Virus record (IMG/VR): IMGVR_UViG_3300017971_006749
Length of the DNA stretch: 20,000 nt
Origin: an uncultured virus (IMG/VR IMGVR_UViG_3300017971_006749)
Taxonomy: Duplodnaviria; Heunggongvirae; Uroviricota; Caudoviricetes
Direction: 5' to 3' (one strand)
This document shows, piece by piece, positions 1 to 8,193 of the stretch. Position numbers and translations under genes: made by a program. Position 1 is the first letter of the stretch. Each line of letters begins with the position of its first letter. Below the pieces are notes generated by a model, which had not been told where the DNA came from, did not search any database, and saw only the letters and a program-made list of their open reading frames with translations.

Positions 1-828
1 GTCATGACCATTCATCAGCCGTTCACACATCCTCTGCCCCCAATAACGTCTATGGATGGTATGAAGTATATCACCATTTTGATGTATACCTATATGTTTC
101 TTTTTACCTATCATACGTTCCTGTAGCTTTACATGATTATTCTGTACAAATACCCATTGAGTCGATGGCAACGGATATACGTCTTTAATCATGCCTGTCT
201 GAAGTAATGTAAGATTTACCGGATGCATATCGCCTGTAGTTTCACGTCCATAGGTAGGATGGTATTTCTTAGGATTCATAGCATATTCAGGTATCAATGG
301 AAATAGCTCTTTAGCTCGTCTGCCTGTAATAAAATAGGGATTACTGTATAGTGGTGGATTCTTACTCATAGCTCTATCATCATCATAATTAAACCACATA
401 GCATCTGACCAGTCATTACCTGCCAGTCCTATCATATCAGACCTAGCTATCATATCGAACCATCTGGTGAAATTACTGACTATAATTCTATCAGCATCAA
501 GTATACAAATAGCATCATAATCTGATAATTTATCTACAGGATACCACCATCTGGCAAACTTCATGCTGGATTTGCTATGCTTCTTCTGCTCTTGCCAATA
601 TTCATTACGACATTCTTCGTAATACTCATTGATATTCACAGGATGAAAAAACGACCCAAAAGCTATCCTAGCCTCCTGAATATATCTACTATTTTCAGGA
701 ATAGAATGCACTAAATGAAATTCTACATTATCAGAAAGACCATAATATTTCATGCCATTTAACATTGCATTATAACCCGCTAGGAATCTTTCATCAGCAG
801 TTACCACTATAGCAAATTTACCATTCAT
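1..828 (-). CDS. GT8-like glycosyltransferase (GT-A fold), 3'-partial; not in the ORF track
   Basis: Hand translation from ATG at 828 (SD GAGGA): MNGKFAIVVTADERFLAGYNAMLNG...KFARWWYPVDKLSDYDAICILDADRIIV...GDMHPVN... The frame stays open to the window edge. The N-terminal 'IVVTADERF' and the 'YD..(C/Y)LDAD' DxD motif are typical of GT8. Confidence 0.75.
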   Translation of the reverse strand, partial: MNGKFAIVVTADERFLAGYNAMLNGMKYYGLSDNVEFHLVHSIPENSRYIQEARIAFGSFFHPVNINEYYEECRNEYWQEQKKHSKSSMKFARWWYPVDKLSDYDAICILDADRIIVSNFTRWFDMIARSDMIGLAGNDWSDAMWFNYDDDRAMSKNPPLYSNPYFITGRRAKELFPLIPEYAMNPKKYHPTYGRETTGDMHPVNLTLLQTGMIKDVYPLPSTQWVFVQNNHVKLQERMIGKKKHIGIHQNGDILHTIHRRYWGQRMCERLMNGHD

Positions 829-958
829 GTCGTTTTCCTCTCTTCTTTATTTTTGGAGTATTAGACCAGATAGCTGCTATACAGGTCATAATAAGTGGTA
901 TTCCAATAACTGTGAATATTACAGCCAATATTCCAAATAAATGTTCATACCATGTCAT
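818..958 (-). CDS. small single-pass membrane protein (46 aa); not in the ORF track
   Basis: MTWYEHLFGILAVIFTVIGIPLIMTCIAAIWSNTPKIKKRGKRHEW. AGGTGA SD upstream, one hydrophobic helix then a basic tail, stop overlaps the start of the GT8 gene. Confidence 0.6.
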   Translation of the reverse strand: MTWYEHLFGILAVIFTVIGIPLIMTCIAAIWSNTPKIKKRGKRHEW

Positions 959-1109
959 CCTATCATCATCACCTTTAATTTGCGCTCTATGCGATTTGTT
1001 CTTCCGTATGTATAATATATCACAAAACTATATGAAACCCCTTAGAAACGAAATTTGCCCTACTCAACAGCTTATTAAACATAATATTACCACAGCTATT
1101 CTTTAATTA

Positions 1110-1595
1110 CTATCTCCTAACTATCCACATTTTACATGCCCGTACAGGAGCAGTCTCAACATTCATCTCATCATAATACCTATCCACTGCTTTCTTCACA
1201 CCCGGAAACCTTCTATTTTGATAATCATGACCACAGATAATTCCACCTTTTCTAACTTTAGGTGTCCATAGATGTATATCTCTATCAACTGATTCTTCAT
1301 CATGTAAACCGTCTATAAATATCAAGTCAAATTTATTGGTATTACTGTAGAAATATACAGCCGCTTCTTTAGATGTCATCTCGTAAAGTTTAGCTTCTGG
1401 ATGTCTGGAACAGAAGTCGTATATACCATACTGATTATTCAATGCAGGATCGACTAAGACATAACTATCAAGGTCGCAATTCTCCATTACAGGAATAGCT
1501 GTCTCACCCTTGCAAACACCTATCTCTCCTATTTTCTTATAGCCATATTTGTTGATTAAATCTATAATGACCTGCGCCCGTTGCGTTATTCTCAT
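1110..1595 (-). CDS. class I SAM-dependent methyltransferase (Methyltransf_24-like)
   Basis: Motifs EIGVCKGET, FDLIFIDGLH and GGIICGHDY; SD GGAGG upstream. Paralog of 5787..6281. Confidence 0.85.
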   Translation of the reverse strand: MRITQRAQVIIDLINKYGYKKIGEIGVCKGETAIPVMENCDLDSYVLVDPALNNQYGIYDFCSRHPEAKLYEMTSKEAAVYFYSNTNKFDLIFIDGLHDEESVDRDIHLWTPKVRKGGIICGHDYQNRRFPGVKKAVDRYYDEMNVETAPVRACKMWIVRR

Positions 1596-1603
1596 ATCCC
1601 CTC

Positions 1604-2077
1604 CTAACCCAATATATTATGATCATCATGATATGTTTCAGTGTCATTAGTGACATTCATATAATCTTTAGTATTGATGCCATACTTCTTAACCAGTTGA
1701 TAAAATTTCGTCTGACCATAAGGGCTGGCCTGTATAGCAGACACAACAGTAGGATTTTCAATAAGACAATTGATAATCACTTCCTTCTCTGATTTCAATC
1801 GCTGCTTCATTTTTTCAACTAATGGTGAGATAATATCAGGTTTTTTATTCTCTTTCTTCTCCAATGGTTCGGTCATATCTCTGAGAATAGTCTTAGCTGT
1901 ACGACTGGCTATCAATTCCTTCTCAGGATGTGCTATTAAAATCCTAGTTCTTTGAAGTTTAGTCCGAATATACCTACCATTACTCTCAATAGGCTCTACT
2001 GCTATGATAGCATCTGCATTTACCCACCTATCATGTCCCAACGAAATCATACGTCTTATACCAATTCGTTTAGCCAT
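1604..2077 (-). CDS. putative transcription regulator: RemA/FlbD-like N-terminal domain plus C-terminal Fis-type HTH
   Basis: The N-terminus 'ISLGHDRWVNADAIIAV...RTRILI...LIASRT' resembles the RemA (DUF370) pattern. The C-terminus 'EKEVIINCL...AIQASPYGQTKFYQLVKKYGI' resembles a Fis HTH_8. Strong SD GGAGGT. Confidence 0.5.
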   Translation of the reverse strand: MAKRIGIRRMISLGHDRWVNADAIIAVEPIESNGRYIRTKLQRTRILIAHPEKELIASRTAKTILRDMTEPLEKKENKKPDIISPLVEKMKQRLKSEKEVIINCLIENPTVVSAIQASPYGQTKFYQLVKKYGINTKDYMNVTNDTETYHDDHNILG

Positions 2078-2088
2078 TATACACCTCC

Positions 2089-3105
2089 CTAATCAAACAT
2101 GATTCCATGATCATTTTTTAATATCTCATACTCACTCTTAAACCAATTCACCGTCTTATGTATACCATCTTCCAAAGACCATTGTGGTATCCAGCTCAAT
2201 AACGTTCCTGCCTTATTTATATCTGCATAAGTAGCCCACACATCACCAGCTTGCGACTCTACATTATTAACCTCAATACTTTTTTTAGCTAAATGATACA
2301 TAATACAATTTATCAAAGTATTTAATGATAAAGGATTGCCCGACCCCAAGTTAATGATCTCATAACCTTCAATATCTCGTAAAGCTAAAAGACCATCTAT
2401 TATATCATCAATATAAGTAAAGTCTCTAAGTTGTTTCCCATCTCCATATACGTCAATACTCTTACCATTCATCAGTCTTTGTATGAATTTGAAATAAGCC
2501 ATATCAGGCCTTCCTGCTGGTCCATACACAGTAAAGAATCTGGGAATTATCACATCATATCCATATAATTGTTGATAAGTATATCCAGCTAATTCCATAG
2601 CTATCTTGGTCATTGCATAAGGCGATGATGGCCTATCTGTCTTGTCTGATTCCGAACATGGAATAGGATCAACCATAGAAGGAGATTTATTCATAGCACC
2701 TTCGCCATAAATACTTGAAGAACTTGCTAAGATAACTTTCTTTATTCCATGCTCTCCTCCTTGCCTTAAAACAGTGATACTGCCTACGATATTATTGTGT
2801 ATATATTTATATGGGTCTTCAATACTCTTTCTGACCCCCGGTATGGCTGCTAAATGATATATAGCATCAACATCTAAAGGAATATATAGCCATGTTTGGA
2901 GGTTACATATATCAGCATCCACCCACCATAACGAGCCATCTAAAACCCATTTCTTCAATTTATTATGTCTATATTGCTTTAACCTGCTATCATAATAATC
3001 ATTAAAATTATCTACTCCTACTACTTCATGACCTTCTTCCAGTAATCGTTTAGTTAGATGATAGCCTATGAATCCTGTATAACCTGTTACTAAATATCTT
3101 GACAT
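2089..3105 (-). CDS. NAD-dependent nucleotide-sugar epimerase (UDP-glucuronate 4-epimerase/CapI-like SDR)
   Basis: VTGYTGFIG Rossmann motif, HLAAIPGVR, ASSSSIYG, YxxxK (YAMTK), RFFTVYGPAGRPDMA, RDFTYIDD. Start reassigned to ATG 3105 (MSRYLVTG) after SD GGAGG. Confidence 0.9.
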   Translation of the reverse strand: MSRYLVTGYTGFIGYHLTKRLLEEGHEVVGVDNFNDYYDSRLKQYRHNKLKKWVLDGSLWWVDADICNLQTWLYIPLDVDAIYHLAAIPGVRKSIEDPYKYIHNNIVGSITVLRQGGEHGIKKVILASSSSIYGEGAMNKSPSMVDPIPCSESDKTDRPSSPYAMTKIAMELAGYTYQQLYGYDVIIPRFFTVYGPAGRPDMAYFKFIQRLMNGKSIDVYGDGKQLRDFTYIDDIIDGLLALRDIEGYEIINLGSGNPLSLNTLINCIMYHLAKKSIEVNNVESQAGDVWATYADINKAGTLLSWIPQWSLEDGIHKTVNWFKSEYEILKNDHGIMFD

Positions 3106-3887
3106 AATCCCTCCAACCACTTCAATATACTACCACACTCATAATCCATCACATCAACTGATTGAATACGTTCATCAGTCGTATACGTCCTCAGGGGATG
3201 ACTTCTCTCTAAATACATGGTTCTCTCTGGCATAATAGACATAGCTGCTACCAGTGGTCCCGAAGCTACTCCTATGAAAGCATGACACCGTTGAATTAAG
3301 CCAAATAGATTCTGTAATGTAGCTCTATAATTCCTCACTGATAAATCTATCCAATTAAACTTAACATTGGCTTTATTGTGGAAAACATGCTGAAAGTGTA
3401 CCTCAATAGGTATTAACCCAAAATCCTTTACTTCTTGCCATACCTGTTTAGCTATCTTCTCTGGACAATTTACCGAATTAGGTAATGCTGTACCATGAAA
3501 GTGTAAAGCTACTAAGGGAGATGGTAATTGAGGCAATATAACAAGTTCTGGTATTCCTATAAGACACTCAAATGGTATACCTATCTCATCCAATCCACAC
3601 TTATGTTGTTTAAGTAAATCAGTGCCTTCAGACATAGGAAAATGAATTATAAAAATTATATCATATCCAGATGGTTCTAATTCATCCACTGAGTCCCATA
3701 TTTCTTCTTGTCCACATTCAACATATAGGTCAAAAATGGATTTTGGATAAGAACTCCTAAGCCAATCAAGTAATGGCATAAACATTATACTATCACCTGC
3801 GCCATGGCCGAAACGTAATAAATATCTGCCATTTGGCTGTATATAGTCAAGTAATTTCTTATCTTTATACTGGTCAACAATTATCAT
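3090..3887 (-). CDS. GT9-like (heptosyltransferase-like, GT-B) glycosyltransferase
   Basis: N-terminal 'HGAGDSIMFMPLL..LR..YP' and C-terminal 'LIQRCHAFIGVASGP' match the GT9 GIGD and FIGxDSGP motifs. Confidence 0.7.
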   Translation of the reverse strand: MIIVDQYKDKKLLDYIQPNGRYLLRFGHGAGDSIMFMPLLDWLRSSYPKSIFDLYVECGQEEIWDSVDELEPSGYDIIFIIHFPMSEGTDLLKQHKCGLDEIGIPFECLIGIPELVILPQLPSPLVALHFHGTALPNSVNCPEKIAKQVWQEVKDFGLIPIEVHFQHVFHNKANVKFNWIDLSVRNYRATLQNLFGLIQRCHAFIGVASGPLVAAMSIMPERTMYLERSHPLRTYTTDERIQSVDVMDYECGSILKWLEGLCQDI

Positions 3888-4117
3888 TTTTCATATCCAA
3901 TCTTTGGCTTCCAGTTCTTATCCAATATAGGCTCTAAAACTCTCTGCCAATCATCACTAGCAGCACACTTGATATAGGTACATCGCCAATGCCAATTATC
4001 GCCATCTAACATCTCAACATATATATATCGTTTCCAACCTCTTTTGAGACATAGAGGACATAAATATTTAGTTTCTAATTCATCATTCCTTATCTTCATA
4101 ATATCCATCCAATTCAT
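3884..4117 (-). CDS. small zinc-ribbon-like hypothetical protein
   Basis: CPLC...CTYIKC cysteine pairs; ATGA overlap with the downstream gene. Confidence 0.55.
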   Translation of the reverse strand: MNWMDIMKIRNDELETKYLCPLCLKRGWKRYIYVEMLDGDNWHWRCTYIKCAASDDWQRVLEPILDKNWKPKIGYEK

Positions 4118-4218
4118 GTATTCCTAACATACGAAACATCTGTTCATTAAACTTATCCAATTGTTTTCCTGCCTGATAGCCCTGTATTAAATGCCCTATA
4201 CTGACTAGTACCAAAAGG

Positions 4219-4443
4219 CTATTTTTTCTTTTTCAGATCCGGTTCTTGATCGCCGTAGAGTAATTCATATGTAGAGACACCTAAAACTAAGCTGAGCTTG
4301 ACACCGAGTTCCAGCGATATGCCTCGACGGTTTTTTTCCATCTCGCAGATTCTCGGCTGTGGTATATCCACCGCTGCCGCCAATTCTTTCTGAGTAAATC
4401 CGGCCGCCAACCGCGCCTCTTTCAAATTATAATTGTAGTGCAT
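4219..4443 (-). CDS. XRE/Cro-C1 family HTH regulator
   Basis: LKEARLAAGFTQKELAAAVDIPQPRICEMEKNRR is a canonical HTH_3 pattern. The gene is visibly more GC-rich than its flanks. Confidence 0.85.
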   Translation of the reverse strand: MHYNYNLKEARLAAGFTQKELAAAVDIPQPRICEMEKNRRGISLELGVKLSLVLGVSTYELLYGDQEPDLKKKK

Positions 4444-4444
4444 T

Positions 4445-4918
4445 TCATATCTCCAATATATCTATATTATACAATACATCTCCTATAGTCATTATCTGTT
4501 CAGTAGTCAATGGCTCTATATCATATTTATTGAGAAAAAAGTCTGTTAATTCATCCATATCTAAATGCCTATTATTGATACTGCATCGTGGTGGACTCCA
4601 TCGCATCAGGTAAAATCCTTCGTAATGATAACTATCAGGATCACCTTTTCTTAACAAGCCATCTATCAGAGCATATATCCTACGTTGACCATAATCCATC
4701 TGAGCATTGCCTTGTTTGATCTCAATTATCTTGAACTTACCATTTGCTCGTGGATTTCTATCTATATGCTTGCCGAATAATGTCGTGACCAAATCAATAT
4801 CCTCTACTGATAAACCAGCTACTTGTGGAAACGGCATCTCTGGAAATTCACCTCTAAACCACCGTCTCCAAGGTAACTCTTGATATAGGTCTGGATTTCT
4901 AAATATATATTTATTCAT
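4445..4918 (-). CDS. putative PD-(D/E)xK (restriction endonuclease-like) nuclease
   Basis: 'EDIDLV...KIIEIK...MDYGQ' fits the D...ExK...Q arrangement of VRR-NUC/REase-fold proteins. Confidence 0.5.
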   Translation of the reverse strand: MNKYIFRNPDLYQELPWRRWFRGEFPEMPFPQVAGLSVEDIDLVTTLFGKHIDRNPRANGKFKIIEIKQGNAQMDYGQRRIYALIDGLLRKGDPDSYHYEGFYLMRWSPPRCSINNRHLDMDELTDFFLNKYDIEPLTTEQIMTIGDVLYNIDILEI

Positions 4919-5615
4919 GCCACCATTTTAATTCTGCTATACCATTATGTAACTTTATAAAAGGATAGCCATTTACGAAACATTTAGTCCAAGTACCACA
5001 ATTCATCACCACAATATTATCTATCAACCATGTTCCTGCTAAATGATGATGTCCATATATCACTATAGAACAGTTATGTTCCTTAGCTAATAAGGCCATC
5101 TCCTGATTGTAGTCTGCTACTCGTTTCTGTATCAGGTTATAAAGATATTCTAACCAAGTATCCATATCTTTATGTATGTATTTCTCCATCAAGCCAACAA
5201 CTTGAGTCACTATCCTGCCTAAACTAGTACCACACCTATTATATTTATCACACTGATGTCCATGTAATACTAAGATTCTTACTGAATTGCTAACGATTAT
5301 ATTGATATCAGGCTTTACCTGCCAATCAATAGTATCATCATGATTACCACGAACGAAATTAAATTTATCCCCTAATTTCCGCCATCGTCTGAATATGTCT
5401 TGATGCGCTTCCTTAATATCTTCTTGCTTACCTTGCCATAATTCAAGACCATCGCCTACTACCCAATGATTTCCCGACTGCTCCAAGAATGACAGATATG
5501 CTCTATCCGCATGAAAGTCCTCTGACTTATCATAGCCCAGGTGTAGATCACTTACGAAGTAATGAGGTAACTCGTTTAATTGTTCAAGTCTGTCTAACGT
5601 TTCTCGTGATAGCAT
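4911..5615 (-). CDS. calcineurin-like metallophosphoesterase, LpxH-like (UDP-2,3-diacylglucosamine diphosphatase family)
   Basis: SDLHLG, VGDGLELW, RGNHD, LHGHQCD, IYGHHH and NCGTW motifs. Start probably ATG 5615, because the GTG at 5660 sits inside a hairpin. Confidence 0.8.
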   Translation of the reverse strand: MLSRETLDRLEQLNELPHYFVSDLHLGYDKSEDFHADRAYLSFLEQSGNHWVVGDGLELWQGKQEDIKEAHQDIFRRWRKLGDKFNFVRGNHDDTIDWQVKPDINIIVSNSVRILVLHGHQCDKYNRCGTSLGRIVTQVVGLMEKYIHKDMDTWLEYLYNLIQKRVADYNQEMALLAKEHNCSIVIYGHHHLAGTWLIDNIVVMNCGTWTKCFVNGYPFIKLHNGIAELKWWHE

Positions 5616-5622
5616 TGGATTC

Positions 5623-5665
5623 TCACATGATAATGTGGAGGCCTCTCTTAAGACCTCCACTGTGA
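5623..5665 (-). other. intergenic stem-loop
   Basis: Minus strand reads GTGGAGGTCT-TAAGAG-AGGCCTCCAC (10-bp stem with one G-U pair), extended by TCACA/TGTGA. No U-tract. Confidence 0.6.
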
Positions 5666-5786
5666 TGAAGCAAATAGTGTACTAGGTATTATATACAAAT
5701 CTAATCCATCGGAATCATCTCCTATCTTTTGGAATAAGCGACTGACTCATCCATGCTTCGTTATAAGGACTTGCCACACGTCGCTC

Positions 5787-6281
5787 CTAAAATCTTACTA
5801 CCCATATCTTACACTCTTTCCTGCCAACAGGTATCAATTCAATATTATTACCAAATACCTCATCTACAGCTTCTTTAACTCCTTCGCAATGAATTTGTCC
5901 ATAATCATCGCCACATAGTATGCCACCATTCCTAACCTTTGGCTTCCACGACTCTATATCTGCTTTAACATTATCATAATCGTGTAAAGCATCTATAAAC
6001 ACTAAATCTAATGATTGATTATCTATAACCTTTACTGCCATATCAGACCTTACAATCCAATACTGAATGTCTGTCTTAATTTGCTTTCGTCTCTCAATTA
6101 ACCATTCTGCAAAAGGATAATACTGAACAGGATCAATACAATAATATTCGTCTAATTCACAAGCCTCTAAAATATGTCTGGCTGTCTTGCCATGATAGAC
6201 CCCTATCTCTGCTATTTTTCTATAATTATTAGTTTTAATTAAGTCTATCAATACCTGCCAACGATTCATGTCTAATTCCAT
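5787..6281 (-). CDS. class I SAM-dependent methyltransferase (Methyltransf_24-like)
   Basis: EIGVYHGKT, LDLVFIDALH and GGILCGDDY motifs. Start uncertain: TTG 6308, ATG 6281 or ATG 6269. Confidence 0.85.
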   Translation of the reverse strand: MELDMNRWQVLIDLIKTNNYRKIAEIGVYHGKTARHILEACELDEYYCIDPVQYYPFAEWLIERRKQIKTDIQYWIVRSDMAVKVIDNQSLDLVFIDALHDYDNVKADIESWKPKVRNGGILCGDDYGQIHCEGVKEAVDEVFGNNIELIPVGRKECKIWVVRF

Positions 6282-6353
6282 AAAAATAGGAGCATCGCCC
6301 AAAATCAAGTCCCACCTCCGCAGATAAAACTCGAAATCTACGACGATGCTCCT
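6282..6353 (-). terminator. long irregular hairpin followed by ATTTTT (terminator, processing site or switch)
   Basis: AGGAGCATCG/CGATGCTCCT perfect 10-bp arms (6288-6297 and 6344-6353). On the minus strand the interior also pairs, with many G-U pairs. Confidence 0.55.
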
Positions 6354-6359
6354 TGTAGT

Positions 6360-7700
6360 TTATCCAAAGGTAACTATCTCTGGTATTATTCCTTCCCTAT
6401 AACAGTTCTCATACTTTTCTATGTGTCTCTCTGGATTCTCACCTTCAGGTATATGCCATTCCTGTTCCTCAGGTAATTCTAACCTTGAACCGTTATAATG
6501 ATCTAATACAGCTTGCGCTATCTCTTCAGGAGTGGTAAGCTCGAAACACAATGGCACTGTTTCATCCATATCATCAGGTTTTATCAAATTCCTGCATTTA
6601 CCTTTCTTACCACCTAACCAACAGCCATCTGATTCAGCACACGGTAAACAGCCATTCTTATTTAACCATCTGACATGATTATAAACATGCCACCTAAGAC
6701 CCTCTTTACCACCAGCTACTACCACGTTAGGTTTATAACGTCTCAATACTTCTTCTTTGGTATTCTTAAACTCAGAAGCACCTATCACAAATTGGAACGA
6801 AATCGGCCCTATAAGGCCATCAGACCAATAAGCTAACCTAAGTAACTCTCTGGTCGTCGTTTGTCCCACAAGGCTAAATACACCCCTTAATGGCCTATGT
6901 ATGTGAGACATACCACCAGCACTCTTACTCCCTATCTGTACTATCCTGACTCTACCTTGCCAAACATCATTCAGTATATCTACCACTTCCTGCCATCTAT
7001 GATACTGCTTTAATTCATTATCGCTCTTCATGCCAGCATTTAATAACCAAAAAGGGCCATCCCAATAATAAGTACAATGCACTTGATTATACCACGATAA
7101 CTCCTCATCTGAAAAGAATAACTCAGGATATAAGCCAGTCTTAGGTATCTGAACAGGATCGGATTGCCTGTCATCATGTATATATACTTCTATATTTACT
7201 TTCTTATTATCAGCTTTGCCTACCAAGCTATATAACGTATCACCTTGAAATAAATGCCATACATAATCATCGCCTTCTCGCGGCTTTACCTGTAATATAT
7301 CATCTTCAACTAAAGGATGCCACTGTTTCTGAAATGCTGATTTGACGTATTCTTTAACCTTGCCTAAATCATCAACTCTTGGTAATGGAATACTGAATGA
7401 GAATATATGTAGATCATTTAACTTTCGCTCTATATCATTACGAAAAGCATCACTGAAATGTAAACCATCCCATCCAGATTTATTTATATCGTCATAAGTT
7501 ATCGTATATACTTCAACATCAGATTCAGACTGCTCTAGTTTGGTAATAAATGGACTGTTCTCAAATAGGTCAGGACATGCACTATGAACATCTATCTGCC
7601 AATCAGGATATGCTCTACATAGGTCATATACTGCTCTACTCATCGTTAGTATATCGCCAGGACTTTGTTCCTCTCTTAAGATTATTTTTCGTTCATTCAT
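6360..7700 (-). CDS. GT9-like (ADP-heptose:LPS heptosyltransferase-like) glycosyltransferase with an internal insertion and Cys-rich C-terminus
   Basis: QSPGDILTM, RWQEVVD, IVQIG, SLVGQTTTRELLRL, VVVAGGKE and LPCAESDGCW...C...C motifs. Confidence 0.75.
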   Translation of the reverse strand: MNERKIILREEQSPGDILTMSRAVYDLCRAYPDWQIDVHSACPDLFENSPFITKLEQSESDVEVYTITYDDINKSGWDGLHFSDAFRNDIERKLNDLHIFSFSIPLPRVDDLGKVKEYVKSAFQKQWHPLVEDDILQVKPREGDDYVWHLFQGDTLYSLVGKADNKKVNIEVYIHDDRQSDPVQIPKTGLYPELFFSDEELSWYNQVHCTYYWDGPFWLLNAGMKSDNELKQYHRWQEVVDILNDVWQGRVRIVQIGSKSAGGMSHIHRPLRGVFSLVGQTTTRELLRLAYWSDGLIGPISFQFVIGASEFKNTKEEVLRRYKPNVVVAGGKEGLRWHVYNHVRWLNKNGCLPCAESDGCWLGGKKGKCRNLIKPDDMDETVPLCFELTTPEEIAQAVLDHYNGSRLELPEEQEWHIPEGENPERHIEKYENCYREGIIPEIVTFG

Positions 7701-7703
7701 ATG

Positions 7704-7907
7704 TTATTTCTCTTCCTTAGTTCCATTTATTAAATCATCCACTTTAACACCTAACACTTTAGCCAACCTATTAGCTATTCTTAACCCAGGTATTCTGCTG
7801 CCATTTTCAATAGCTGTAATCATAGAATAACTTACCTCAGCTTTATAAGCTAATTCTTCTTTAGTCATTCCACGTTCTTTTCTTAGTTTATCAAGAATAA
7901 TATTCAT
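7704..7907 (-). CDS. XRE/Cro-C1 family HTH regulator
   Basis: LRKERGMTKEELAYKAEVSYSMITAIENGSRIPG is a canonical HTH_3. SD GGAGG; first gene after the 7929-7957 promoter. Confidence 0.9.
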   Translation of the reverse strand: MNIILDKLRKERGMTKEELAYKAEVSYSMITAIENGSRIPGLRIANRLAKVLGVKVDDLINGTKEEK

Positions 7908-7928
7908 TCATAATTACCTCCTGTTTAT

Positions 7929-7957
7929 ATAATACTAAATTAAACTACTTCTGTCAA
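7929..7957 (-). promoter_or_regulatory. sigma70/sigmaA-type promoter
   Basis: TTGACA-17 nt-TATTAT on the minus strand, just upstream of the SD and the XRE gene. Confidence 0.8.
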
Positions 7958-8091
7958 GTACAAAATGGGCTGTATTCAATTCCACCGCCTAAAATGATAT
8001 ATTACCCAGACCACCATATAGAATCTCGTTAGAGACGAAGTATGAAAGTTTAACAGGTATATTAGACATTATCTTAATTCCAAAAATTACA

Positions 8092-8157
8092 GGTGAGAAA
8101 GAATGGATATATAATAATATCTTATATTATTATTATATATCCATCTTCCTTATCACC
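8092..8157. repeat. long AT-rich inverted repeat (possible terminator, cruciform or operator)
   Basis: Perfect 17-bp arms atggatatataataata (8103-8119) and tattattatatatccat (8128-8144) with an 8-nt loop, extended by ggtga/tcacc. Followed by TGTAATTTTT on the minus strand. Confidence 0.8.
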
Positions 8158-8166
8158 ATGATTTGT

Positions 8167-8193
8167 ATATTAGAGCCATATTAGAGTATATTA
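8167..8193. repeat. phased ATATTA direct repeats (3 copies)
   Basis: atatta at 8167, 8178 and 8188 (spacing 11 and 10 bp). Confidence 0.45.

Noticed and set aside
960..1109. Possible promoter (TGATATATTAT on the minus strand near 1012-1022)
   Set aside because: No convincing -35 element, and the AT-rich context makes a chance match likely.
1110..5789. Stop-codon reassignment (TAG read-through), as in some large phages
   Set aside because: Several complete genes end at TAG exactly where the next SD or gene begins, and long ORFs are intact under code 11.
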